Part shown: positions 16,828-24,675 of the stretch, piece by piece | How positions within the stretch are numbered: position 1 is the stretch's first letter | How the letters are laid out: each line of letters starts with the position of its first letter | Source of the DNA: Ruminococcus albus 7 = DSM 20455 | Lineage (GTDB): Bacteria > Bacillota > Clostridia > Oscillospirales > Ruminococcaceae | DNA: 32,000 nucleotides | Reading direction: 5' to 3' | NCBI RefSeq assembly: GCF_000179635.2 | Contig: NC_014833.1 | Location: 3,600,001-3,632,000 of the forward strand | The notes under the pieces: model-generated | Seen by the model: only the letters and a program-made list of their open reading frames with translations | Databases searched by the model: none | What the model was told of the DNA's origin: nothing | Translations under genes and position numbers: made by a program

Positions 16828-17493
16828 ATGAAAATTAATACCGAAGATGAGAACATTCTGAGACTGAAACACACTCCCGAAGAAGTAAAAGCATTTATCG
16901 CAGATCAGATGAAACTGCATGAAGAATACATGAACAGCCCTGATAACGATGATGTTCCCGGTGGATTTGAGAACAAAGCTGTTCGAGAATTTATGGGTGA
17001 AGAATTCTGGAATGCGACCAAGCTGCCGCAGTTCGATTATTCCTGCGAGATAGATTCCGATGTTCAGTGCCGCGCATATCTGTGGTATAAGGATATTTTC
17101 AGGGCGAATCTGCGCTGTATGCTTGAGGAGAATGAAATGCTGACACAGCATACAATAGTAACTGATCGAATGAAGTATCTGTCCGGTGATGCAGCACAGA
17201 TACGTTGGCTCAATTATCTTCTTGATACAGGTATAAGTCAGGATGAATTCAAAAGGAATTTCGCATTAAATGCGTACTATGATTATTACAGTAATTACTA
17301 CGCATCTGTGACACTTACCGATGTCCCCCGCGATATGGTCCGCAGGCGAGAAATGTATGGTGAGATACCGTCAGAAGATCGTGTGCGCTACTCCAATATG
17401 GTCAAGTATTCGGTCATGGAGTACATCAACGAAGAGTATGTTTATAATCGTTTTGTCGGTGCTGGTGCAAAACTCAATCTACCATCAATCTGA
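16828..17493 (+). CDS. Hypothetical protein (221 aa)
   Basis: AAAGGTGGG RBS before ATG 16828, in frame with the track ORF 16789. Confidence 0.55.
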   Translation: MKINTEDENILRLKHTPEEVKAFIADQMKLHEEYMNSPDNDDVPGGFENKAVREFMGEEFWNATKLPQFDYSCEIDSDVQCRAYLWYKDIFRANLRCMLEENEMLTQHTIVTDRMKYLSGDAAQIRWLNYLLDTGISQDEFKRNFALNAYYDYYSNYYASVTLTDVPRDMVRRREMYGEIPSEDRVRYSNMVKYSVMEYINEEYVYNRFVGAGAKLNLPSI

Positions 17494-17494
17494 A

Positions 17495-17510
17495 TGTGTC
17501 TATAGACACA
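17495..17510. repeat. Palindrome TGTGTCTATAGACACA, copy 3
   Basis: Perfect copy, 1 nt after stop 17491-17493 and 17 nt upstream of a -35. Confidence 0.9.
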
Positions 17511-17527
17511 CTTGCCCGACCAACTTC

Positions 17528-17556
17528 TTGATTTATTACAGACGATGTGATATACT
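17528..17556 (+). promoter_or_regulatory. Promoter TTGATT-17-TATACT with an upstream TG
   Basis: TTGATT 17528-17533; TGaTATACT 17548-17556; AGGAG RBS 17571-17575. Confidence 0.55.
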
Positions 17557-17585
17557 TAGATAAAACAATCAGGAGATGACCAAAG

Positions 17586-18626
17586 ATGAAAAGAATCACA
17601 ATTTCAGTAATCGTAATGATATCAATGCTGCTTACATCCTGCGGTAATATCAGTGAGAAAGACAATGCAGCAAATACATCTGCCGAAGTGACCACAACGA
17701 CGGTAGCCGATGACACTTCTTCTGTCACAACAACAAGCGAAACAGAAGAAACAAGTGAAGCGGTTACAACGACTACCAGGACAGAAAAGGACGATAGTTC
17801 ATCGCAGGCTGAAACGACTGCTGCTACAACAAGTAAAAAATCTACTACTACCAGCAAAAAGACTTCGAGTAAGATAAAGGTCACATCTTCAGGTCGAACC
17901 GGGTCATCAAATAACAGTAACAATGGCGGAGGTTATTCCGGTGGCGGGAATGTTGTTACTCAGGCTCCGGCACAACAGCAGGCAGCACCTACACAGACAA
18001 CAACTACAACTCAGCCGCCTGTGAAGAAAACAACTACTACCACAACAACTACACAGTACATTCCTGAACCTGAACCTATTCCGGAAGATCCTTTTGCAAA
18101 TTTTGATATTTCAGAGTATGATCCGGAACTGTATTCATCAATGTGTTATATCTTTGGTAATGGTACTTCACCAATCATGAACCTTCAGATATGGGTTTTC
18201 CTAAGTGATTACCCTATCGACTGTGTTGGCAAGTTCCAGGCTGGGCAAAACCTCTCTTACGATGGTACAGACTACGGCAAGGCAAAGGCTGTATGTGAAT
18301 ACGCATACAATTGTGGTGGTAGAAACTGCATAGAATACGCACTTAATGCATACTTCGTTGCTCAGGGCGCGGGTCTTGAGTGTTACCTCGCACGCTCATC
18401 ACAATATGACTGGTATGGTCACGTAGCGAATATTGTAAGAATAGATGGTCAGTATTACTACATGGAACCAATGACAAACGAAACTACAGCAAATACAGCC
18501 ATAGCTTTCGGTGGTTATCGCGCGGACGGTAGTGGTATAATAGATCCTGTTCCACTTGATATTTTCTTTGATATCTATGATAATAGATACTCATTTGACG
18601 TTTCTTCATCTAAATATGGAGAATAA
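17586..18626 (+). CDS. Lipoprotein with a Thr/Ser-rich linker and a C-terminal transglutaminase-like (papain-fold) domain
   Basis: Signal peptide plus lipobox, MKRITISVIVMISMLLTSC. Long T/S/Q-rich linker. The C-terminus has GGRNCIEYALNAYFVAQGAG...GHVANIVRIDGQYYYMEP, matching a Cys...His...acid transglutaminase-core pattern. Confidence 0.7.
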   Translation: MKRITISVIVMISMLLTSCGNISEKDNAANTSAEVTTTTVADDTSSVTTTSETEETSEAVTTTTRTEKDDSSSQAETTAATTSKKSTTTSKKTSSKIKVTSSGRTGSSNNSNNGGGYSGGGNVVTQAPAQQQAAPTQTTTTTQPPVKKTTTTTTTTQYIPEPEPIPEDPFANFDISEYDPELYSSMCYIFGNGTSPIMNLQIWVFLSDYPIDCVGKFQAGQNLSYDGTDYGKAKAVCEYAYNCGGRNCIEYALNAYFVAQGAGLECYLARSSQYDWYGHVANIVRIDGQYYYMEPMTNETTANTAIAFGGYRADGSGIIDPVPLDIFFDIYDNRYSFDVSSSKYGE

Positions 18627-18642
18627 TAGCTAAACAACTTCA

Positions 18643-18680
18643 AGCACTTAACAAATATCATGTTAGGTGCTTTTCTTTTT
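18643..18680 (+). terminator. Rho-independent terminator after the lipoprotein gene
   Basis: AGCACTTAAC (18643-18652) pairs with GTTAGGTGCT (18662-18671), with one G-U pair, then TTTTCTTTTT. Confidence 0.6.
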
Positions 18681-18703
18681 CTCACGGAGAATATGATAGA
18701 TCA

Positions 18704-18740
18704 AGCATTTCCTAAATCTGCCAAAGGAAATGCTTTTTTT
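18704..18740 (+). terminator. Second hairpin plus T7, 30 nt upstream of the surface-protein start
   Basis: AGCATTTCC (18704-18712) pairs with GGAAATGCT (18726-18734), then T7. Confidence 0.55.
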
Positions 18741-18769
18741 ATATTAAAATTCAGAAAGGATATGATAAT

Positions 18770-21700
18770 ATGTTCAAAAGCAAATTTTTGAAGAGAATCG
18801 GCACCGGGATAATGGCTGCTGTATGCGCTTTTTCTTTTGCGACCGCAGAAGTGAAACCGATGAAAGCAAAAGCTGCATCAGAAGCAGTTTTCCCAAACGC
18901 CGATCAGATCATCGCACAGGCAGCTACTCTTCTTGGAGGTAATTATTCAAGCGCCGGTGGTAAAGGCTATTACAATATGTATGATGCCAACAAAACACCT
19001 GTCGCTTACGATGTGAATTATACTCGTTCAGCCGGGGTAGACTGCTCAGGATTGGTGTACTATACCATGACAAAGCTTGGTTACTCAACATCAGGTTTCG
19101 CATGGAATCACCCCGTCCCCGTAGATACTACTCATTGGCTGAGCTACACCAATCCTACTATTTCATACAAAGGCACTACTAAGCCCCTTGAAATAGAAAA
19201 AATAAGAGTAAGTACCAACAATCACCCCTACTGGGAAAGGTCAAACGGTAGTACGATAGAGCCCGGCTCTATTGTTATCGGTGATCCTACGAATGGCAGT
19301 ACTGATCATGCATGGATTTACATGGGCGAATTCGATAATAAAGCAGCTGTTAAAGCTTATCTGAAAAAGATAGGTGTAAATCCTGCATATATCAACGATA
19401 AAAACATTCATGATAATGGTGACGGTGGTAATCACTGGCGCATTGAAGCACAGAGTACATACGGTGTTGTTATAAATAATGACACTAGCGGTAAATACAC
19501 AGGTGCCATGAGAGTTTCTTCTTTCAAATTAAACAGAAATGCCATGTTCACAATACAGAAAACTGAAATCGGCACCGGTAAGATAGTCGGAATTTCTAAG
19601 GTTGACGGAACATCAGCCGTATATGGTGTTTATACAGATAAAAGCTGTAAAAACAAAGTTGATGAAATAAAAATTAACAAAAACGGACTTGGCACTCTTA
19701 GCTTACCTTACGGTACATATTACGTCAAGGAAATAAAAGCTCCGACAGGCTATAATGTATCGAATGATGTTTATACTCTTGTTCCGAATGAAACTGTCAT
19801 CGTTAATGAGGTTAAAACGACTGGATCTATTCGCATTAACAAGACAGCTGAAGATGGTGTAAAAAACAGAGAATTTATGATCAGTTGGTTTGAAAACGGT
19901 GCAATCCATAGAGAACGTTTAAACACCAATACACTCGGTGTAGCAAAGATTGACGGGCTTAACCTCTATGATTATGACGGTGATGTTATAAATTACACTG
20001 TTTCAGAGATAAACAACGATCTGAGAAATGTTAATCCTAGCGCACAGACTGTTACTCTTTCAGAAGCCGATCCCAACAAGGATTATACCGTAGACCTCTA
20101 TTTTAACAATGAGTATAAATACGGCTCTCTCGTATTACACAAAACTCATACAGACGGCAACACCGATGATCGTACCTTTACTGTAACAGGTAACGGCGAA
20201 ACTTATACAGTAGTAACTCATGGCAATGAGCCTGCGGCACTTGAACATCTGCGTATGTACGATGATGATAACAACATCATTACATATACAATTCATGAGG
20301 AAAATGTTCCGGATAGATATGTTCAGCCCGAAGATCAGGAAGTAACTCTCCTGCTTAATCAGGTCACAGATGTATACATCGTTAACAGCCATGTTCCCGG
20401 TACACTCATACTCAAAAAGAGACATGAGGACGGTAAAACAGGTGACCGTAATTTCACAATCACAGGCAGTGATGGCTCCGTCAGAACTGCTGTAACACAT
20501 GGTAATGAGCCTACAGTTATTTCTGACCTTGATATCTATGATACTGACAGCAACCTCATAACATACACTATCCATGAGGAAAATACACCTGATAGATATG
20601 AACAGCCTGCGGATCAGGATGTTACTCTTGAATACAATAAATCCAAGACTGTAACAATCGTCAACAGACTGAAACGCGGTTCAATATCTATCCACAAGCA
20701 GAACAGTGAAACACTTGAGCCTGTTGCCGGTGCAAAATATGAAGTGACCTGCAACGAAGATATTTACAGCTCAAATGGCAAGGATATGATTCCTGCCGGC
20801 GAGCCCATATACACACTGGAAACCAACGAGGACGGCAACGCAGCAACACCTAAGTCCCTGCCTATCGCTCACACATATACACTCACAGAAGTATACGTGC
20901 CGGACGGATATATTTCAGGTGATCCTATCACTATCGAAATGAGTGATGACGGAACACAGCTTGAATACCGTACAACCATAAACGAAAAGCCCACAATCGT
21001 AAAGATAAGCAAGAAATCTCTCACAACAAAAGAAGAACTTGAAGGTGCAAAACTCACAGTAACCGATGATAACGGTACAATAATTGATGAATGGACATCT
21101 ACAACTACTGAACACACTATCATTGGTAAGCTTACAGTCGGCAAGGAATACACTCTGACAGAGGTTCTCGCTCCTGACGGATTCCTCACTGCGGAAAGCA
21201 TCAAGTTTACTGTAAATGAAGATGGCTCCTCAAATCACATTACGATGTATGATGAGGAAAAATCAGGCAGTATCGAAGTTCACAAAACTACCGAAGGCAT
21301 GATAAACGTTGAGGGAATAAGCTTTACACTCAGCGGTACATCAGACCACGGCACAGAAGTAAACACACAAGCAATTACTAACTCAGACGGTATTGCAACC
21401 TTTGAGAAGATCCCTGTGGGTACATACACCATCACCGAAGATGCTGAATCAGTGCCTTATGCGTACCTTGTGGCTGATGAACAGGAAGTATCTGTTATGT
21501 ACGCAGAAACAACTATCGCTGAGATTTACAACGATGAAAAGTCGGGAACTGTTGAGGTCCACAAGAATACTAAGAACAAGGGCAATATCGCTGATATCAA
21601 TTTCGTTCTTGAGGGTACATCTGACAGCGGCAGAGATGTAAAGCTGGAAGCTGTGACCGATAAGGATGGTAAGGCAGTATTTAACAAGGTGCCTGTTGGT

Positions 21701-22516
21701 ACATACACCATCACAGAGGACAAGGAAACAGTACCTACTGCATACCTTGTGGCTGAAAAGCAGGAAGTAAATGTACTGTATGCCGAAACATCTATTGCAG
21801 AAGTTTTCAATGATGAAAAGACAGGCAGCATTGAGATCCACAAGACAACCGAGGGTATGATAAACATCGAGGGTATCAAGTTTATCCTTGAGGGTGTATC
21901 CGACAGTGGAACAGATGTTCACGTTGAAGCTATTACTGACAAGGACGGTAAAGCTACTTTCAGTAATGTTCCTGTTGGAACATACTCTATCACAGAGGAT
22001 GAAAAGACTGTACCGACTGCATATATGGTAGCCGAAGAAACCGAGGTTACTGTGCTGTACGCTGAAACAGTAACTAAGGAGATATTCAACGGTGAAAGAT
22101 CCGGCAGCATCAGTATTCAGAAACAGACTGAGGGAATGAAAGATATCGCCGGAATTAATTTTGTGCTTGAAGGTACATCTGACAGCGGCAGAACTGTGAA
22201 GCTTGAAGCTGTGACCGACAAGGACGGTAAAGCTACATTCAATGGTGTGCCGATAGGTACATACACCATAACCGAGGACGGTAAATCTGTGCCTGCGGCT
22301 TATTTTGTAGCTGATGCTCAGACAGTAACTGTATTTGAAGCACAGACTTCAAACATTACTTTCGAGAACAAGAAAAAGCCTGATTCTTCAACTCCTTCTA
22401 CTTCATTAACCACCACAAGCAATCCTTCAACCGGAGTTGCTGCTAACGGTGCGTTTGCTGTAACAGCAATTGCACTCGCTCTCATGATCATTTCAAGAAA
22501 GCGTAAGAACAGCTAA
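18770..22516 (+). CDS. Sortase-anchored surface protein: N-terminal NlpC/P60 peptidoglycan hydrolase plus Cna-B/SpaA-type repeat domains
   Basis: Signal peptide. NlpC/P60 Cys motif GVDCSGLVYY and His motif DHAWIYMG. Many ~90-aa repeats with the pattern G(S/T)I.I.K....G...F.L.G....DG.A.F..(V/I)P.GTY.I.E. The C-terminus has NPSTG, a hydrophobic segment and RKRKNS. Confidence 0.9.
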   Translation: MFKSKFLKRIGTGIMAAVCAFSFATAEVKPMKAKAASEAVFPNADQIIAQAATLLGGNYSSAGGKGYYNMYDANKTPVAYDVNYTRSAGVDCSGLVYYTMTKLGYSTSGFAWNHPVPVDTTHWLSYTNPTISYKGTTKPLEIEKIRVSTNNHPYWERSNGSTIEPGSIVIGDPTNGSTDHAWIYMGEFDNKAAVKAYLKKIGVNPAYINDKNIHDNGDGGNHWRIEAQSTYGVVINNDTSGKYTGAMRVSSFKLNRNAMFTIQKTEIGTGKIVGISKVDGTSAVYGVYTDKSCKNKVDEIKINKNGLGTLSLPYGTYYVKEIKAPTGYNVSNDVYTLVPNETVIVNEVKTTGSIRINKTAEDGVKNREFMISWFENGAIHRERLNTNTLGVAKIDGLNLYDYDGDVINYTVSEINNDLRNVNPSAQTVTLSEADPNKDYTVDLYFNNEYKYGSLVLHKTHTDGNTDDRTFTVTGNGETYTVVTHGNEPAALEHLRMYDDDNNIITYTIHEENVPDRYVQPEDQEVTLLLNQVTDVYIVNSHVPGTLILKKRHEDGKTGDRNFTITGSDGSVRTAVTHGNEPTVISDLDIYDTDSNLITYTIHEENTPDRYEQPADQDVTLEYNKSKTVTIVNRLKRGSISIHKQNSETLEPVAGAKYEVTCNEDIYSSNGKDMIPAGEPIYTLETNEDGNAATPKSLPIAHTYTLTEVYVPDGYISGDPITIEMSDDGTQLEYRTTINEKPTIVKISKKSLTTKEELEGAKLTVTDDNGTIIDEWTSTTTEHTIIGKLTVGKEYTLTEVLAPDGFLTAESIKFTVNEDGSSNHITMYDEEKSGSIEVHKTTEGMINVEGISFTLSGTSDHGTEVNTQAITNSDGIATFEKIPVGTYTITEDAESVPYAYLVADEQEVSVMYAETTIAEIYNDEKSGTVEVHKNTKNKGNIADINFVLEGTSDSGRDVKLEAVTDKDGKAVFNKVPVGTYTITEDKETVPTAYLVAEKQEVNVLYAETSIAEVFNDEKTGSIEIHKTTEGMINIEGIKFILEGVSDSGTDVHVEAITDKDGKATFSNVPVGTYSITEDEKTVPTAYMVAEETEVTVLYAETVTKEIFNGERSGSISIQKQTEGMKDIAGINFVLEGTSDSGRTVKLEAVTDKDGKATFNGVPIGTYTITEDGKSVPAAYFVADAQTVTVFEAQTSNITFENKKKPDSSTPSTSLTTTSNPSTGVAANGAFAVTAIALALMIISRKRKNS
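21257..22372 (+). repeat. Four in-frame tandem repeats of 279 bp (93 aa) inside the surface-protein gene
   Basis: Units start at 21257, 21536, 21815 and 22094, each beginning E(K/R)(S/T)G(S/T)(I/V)... A more diverged pair lies at about 20123-20680. Confidence 0.85.
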
Positions 22517-22553
22517 TCATCGCTTTAAAAAGCACCCCCTTATAAAAGCAGAC

Positions 22554-22581
22554 AGCCGCCCTATACAGGCGGCTTGTTTGC
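22554..22581 (+). terminator. Terminator of the surface-protein gene
   Basis: AGCCGCC (22554-22560) pairs with GGCGGCT (22569-22575), followed by TGTTTG. Confidence 0.5.
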
Positions 22582-22652
22582 TGAATGTCTACGAACAATT
22601 TGTCTATAAACACATTTTCTCTTTATTCATTCGTAGGCATTCAGCAGATAAT
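22571..22652 (+). repeat. Composite hairpin repeat, copy 1 (16-bp arms around a degenerate palindrome)
   Basis: Arms GCTGAATGTCTACGAA (22580-22595) and TTCGTAGGCATTCAGC (22630-22645). The loop carries TTTGTCTATAAACACA (22599-22614). The ends are shared with copy 2. Confidence 0.8.
22599..22614. repeat. Palindrome family, degenerate copy (TTTGTCTATAAACACA)
   Basis: Matches the 16-bp consensus at 14 of 16 positions and sits in the loop of composite repeat 1. Confidence 0.6.
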
Positions 22653-22696
22653 TTGATCTTCACGATAAATTAATTAGTAAAGTAGGTGATGTAATT

Positions 22697-23101
22697 ATGA
22701 AATCATTAAACGATGAAAATAAATTTATTGAAAATGAAATCACAGTAATTGATCCTGAAATTCTTACAGTCAAAGAAAACAATACATTTAAGATTTTAAT
22801 GTATGGCTTTACCATCGATGAAGAAGAGATACCTCTTTTGTGTGATATAGAAAGTGTAGAACCACGCATACTGGGAGATACAGAAAAACAATATATTTTA
22901 CTCTTTAGATTTAAAAATCCAGTAAGAAACGATATATATGTACACTACACTGTGAATTTTGTATTTGACGATGACAGAGAGACTTTTATCAAAGCATACA
23001 ACTACATAAAAGAGCTAATTACCGTAGAACATATCTTACTTGATTTTTATTGCATTAACAAATTTAATCCTTTTTATGAGATCGGTTTTTTTTATGACTG
23101 A
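22697..23101 (+). CDS. Hypothetical protein (134 aa), very AT-rich
   Basis: AGGTGA RBS. No motif recognised. Confidence 0.55.
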   Translation: MKSLNDENKFIENEITVIDPEILTVKENNTFKILMYGFTIDEEEIPLLCDIESVEPRILGDTEKQYILLFRFKNPVRNDIYVHYTVNFVFDDDRETFIKAYNYIKELITVEHILLDFYCINKFNPFYEIGFFYD

Positions 23102-23145
23102 AAATGAGAAAAAGGCAAATTAAGGTAATCGAAAGGAGTATAAAT

Positions 23146-23910
23146 ATGGAACAAGGGTATTATGTACTGTGTAACGATATTAATGAGCTACTATCAATGA
23201 TAAAATATGGAGAACCGGGACTTCCTTATGTCATTGACTGGGCAGTACCTAATCTAAAAAAGCAAAAAATATTTCCGGTATATGTTCATGCTGGATTACT
23301 AGAAGAACTAGGGATAATCTTAAGTGATATCCGCGAATCAAAACCATCGTGTGAATACGATACTATTATAACATATAATGAGTTTTTGCAGAGCAAAACA
23401 TCACAAACCAAACAGGTAAATGCAACACAAAGCATAAAAGGAGGAACAAATATGAAAAGATACAGAATATGCTATGATAAAATGCTGGTAGCAAAAGGTG
23501 ATCTGAATATTAACGGAGAACTGTATGGTGGTGTCGCGGCATACCTTGAATATCAGGTATTCAATAAATCTTCCGGAGAAGAAATATTCTTCACTTTCGA
23601 CGATACTGATACTCCCCGAGAAGAAAAAATCGAAGGTCATTATCTTAATGACTTTTACGATCTTGCTTATGACAAGGAAAATGGCTTTATCATCATTCCA
23701 GCCGATGAACTGAAAGAGCTTAAAGATCACGTTATAAAATTCAGAGTTGGTATGTTCACTAAGAGCATAGATAACAATGGATGTTTAGAAGATGTTTCCA
23801 TAACCGAAAAACAGTTCGTAAAGATACTCAAAGATAATCCGCAATCATTCGACACAGCAGATAACAATTTCGCTCAGAATTGTGGTGTTACATTCAACAT
23901 CATTGGATAA
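23146..23910 (+). CDS. Hypothetical protein (254 aa; possibly two products)
   Basis: AAAGGAG 23132-23138 before ATG 23146. An internal in-frame AAAGGAGG (23437-23444) lies 7 nt before ATG 23452. Confidence 0.55.
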   Translation: MEQGYYVLCNDINELLSMIKYGEPGLPYVIDWAVPNLKKQKIFPVYVHAGLLEELGIILSDIRESKPSCEYDTIITYNEFLQSKTSQTKQVNATQSIKGGTNMKRYRICYDKMLVAKGDLNINGELYGGVAAYLEYQVFNKSSGEEIFFTFDDTDTPREEKIEGHYLNDFYDLAYDKENGFIIIPADELKELKDHVIKFRVGMFTKSIDNNGCLEDVSITEKQFVKILKDNPQSFDTADNNFAQNCGVTFNIIG

Positions 23911-23929
23911 CAAAAAATACGAATTCTGT

Positions 23930-23965
23930 AAAAAAGCTGCCGACAACAATGCCGACAGCTTTTTT
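23930..23965. terminator. Bidirectional terminator between convergent genes
   Basis: AAAAAAGCTG (23930-23939) pairs with CAGCTTTTTT (23956-23965). Confidence 0.5.
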
Positions 23966-23967
23966 GC

Positions 23968-24375
23968 TTAGATCCTATCAAGTAACTCCGACGGTTTGAG
24001 CGCAGGAATTTTACTATCCTTAAAATCACGAATGTTTCTGGTTACAATAAAATCCGCATTGATCCTACTTGCCTGACACATCTGTAAAGCATCTTCATAA
24101 TCAGAAGTGAGCATTTCTGCCGCTGAATTAAGGTCGGATGATTTAAGATCAACGACTTCAAAAATCATAAGTATCTGCTTTATTAGCTGCTCCGTTTTCT
24201 TAGGATCAAGTTCCTTGCGCAGGATGTACACAATATTCGGTACAGTGAGTGCAGAAACATATCCATCGATTTTGTTTACCTCGCAGTATTTCCAAATCTT
24301 TGATGAATTTTCTACAAAATCCGGTCGATTGCAGAGAACGTCAAGGATCACATTTGTATCAATCAAGATCTTCAT
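23968..24375 (-). CDS. vapC: PIN-domain toxin (VapC-type ribonuclease)
   Basis: MKILIDTNVILDVL opens with the first PIN acidic residue. 135 aa. Overlaps the upstream antitoxin gene by 17 nt. Confidence 0.85.
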   Translation of the reverse strand: MKILIDTNVILDVLCNRPDFVENSSKIWKYCEVNKIDGYVSALTVPNIVYILRKELDPKKTEQLIKQILMIFEVVDLKSSDLNSAAEMLTSDYEDALQMCQASRINADFIVTRNIRDFKDSKIPALKPSELLDRI

Positions 24376-24592
24376 GTTTCTTTAACCTTTCCGCGCGAAT
24401 TTCTTTTTCATCATAATCATTTTTTAGAACTCCTGTAAGCGAGTCCGTTAGAAAAGAAACCGTAGACTTATGTGAAACCAGTCTGGCAACTTCTTTTCCG
24501 TTTTTGAGTATGATTATCTCGCCGCCTTGCTGAACTTCTTGTAGATACTGACCGAAGTTATTTTGAAAATCAGTTGCTGTTGCAGTAATCAT
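24359..24592 (-). CDS. Phd/YefM-family antitoxin
   Basis: 77 aa. The N-terminus ITATATDFQNNFGQYLQEVQQGGEIIILKNGKEVARLVS fits the Phd/YefM pattern. GGAGGTG RBS. Confidence 0.8.
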   Translation of the reverse strand: MITATATDFQNNFGQYLQEVQQGGEIIILKNGKEVARLVSHKSTVSFLTDSLTGVLKNDYDEKEIRAERLKKHEDLD

Positions 24593-24623
24593 AAAAACAC
24601 CTCCATGTTTTTTAGCTAATATA

Positions 24624-24652
24624 AGTATATCATATTTTAGCTAAAATGTCAA
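24624..24652 (-). promoter_or_regulatory. Toxin-antitoxin promoter TTGACA-17-TATACT with two TTAGCTAA palindromic boxes
   Basis: On the minus strand: TTGACA (24652-24647), 17-nt spacer, TGaTATACT (-10 at 24629-24624). TTAGCTAA occurs at 24637-24644 (in the spacer) and at 24612-24619 (downstream of the -10). Confidence 0.65.
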
Positions 24653-24675
24653 TGGATATTTTAGTAACGCAGAAA

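Noticed and set aside
16645-17151. 168-aa minus-strand ORF
   Set aside because: It overlaps an extended -10 promoter and the RBS-supported + strand ORF 16828-17493, and would be the only minus-strand gene in a 14-kb co-directional block.
17474-17923. 149-aa minus-strand ORF
   Set aside because: It is the Val-rich low-complexity mirror image of the Thr/Ser-rich linker of the lipoprotein gene and overlaps that gene's promoter and RBS.
19241-22110. Short ORFs inside the surface-protein gene, and the possibility that the 279-bp tandem repeats are a CRISPR array
   Set aside because: The repeats are contiguous, in frame and encode Cna-B-type domains. There are no unique spacers between short repeats. 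The nested ORFs are shadow frames.
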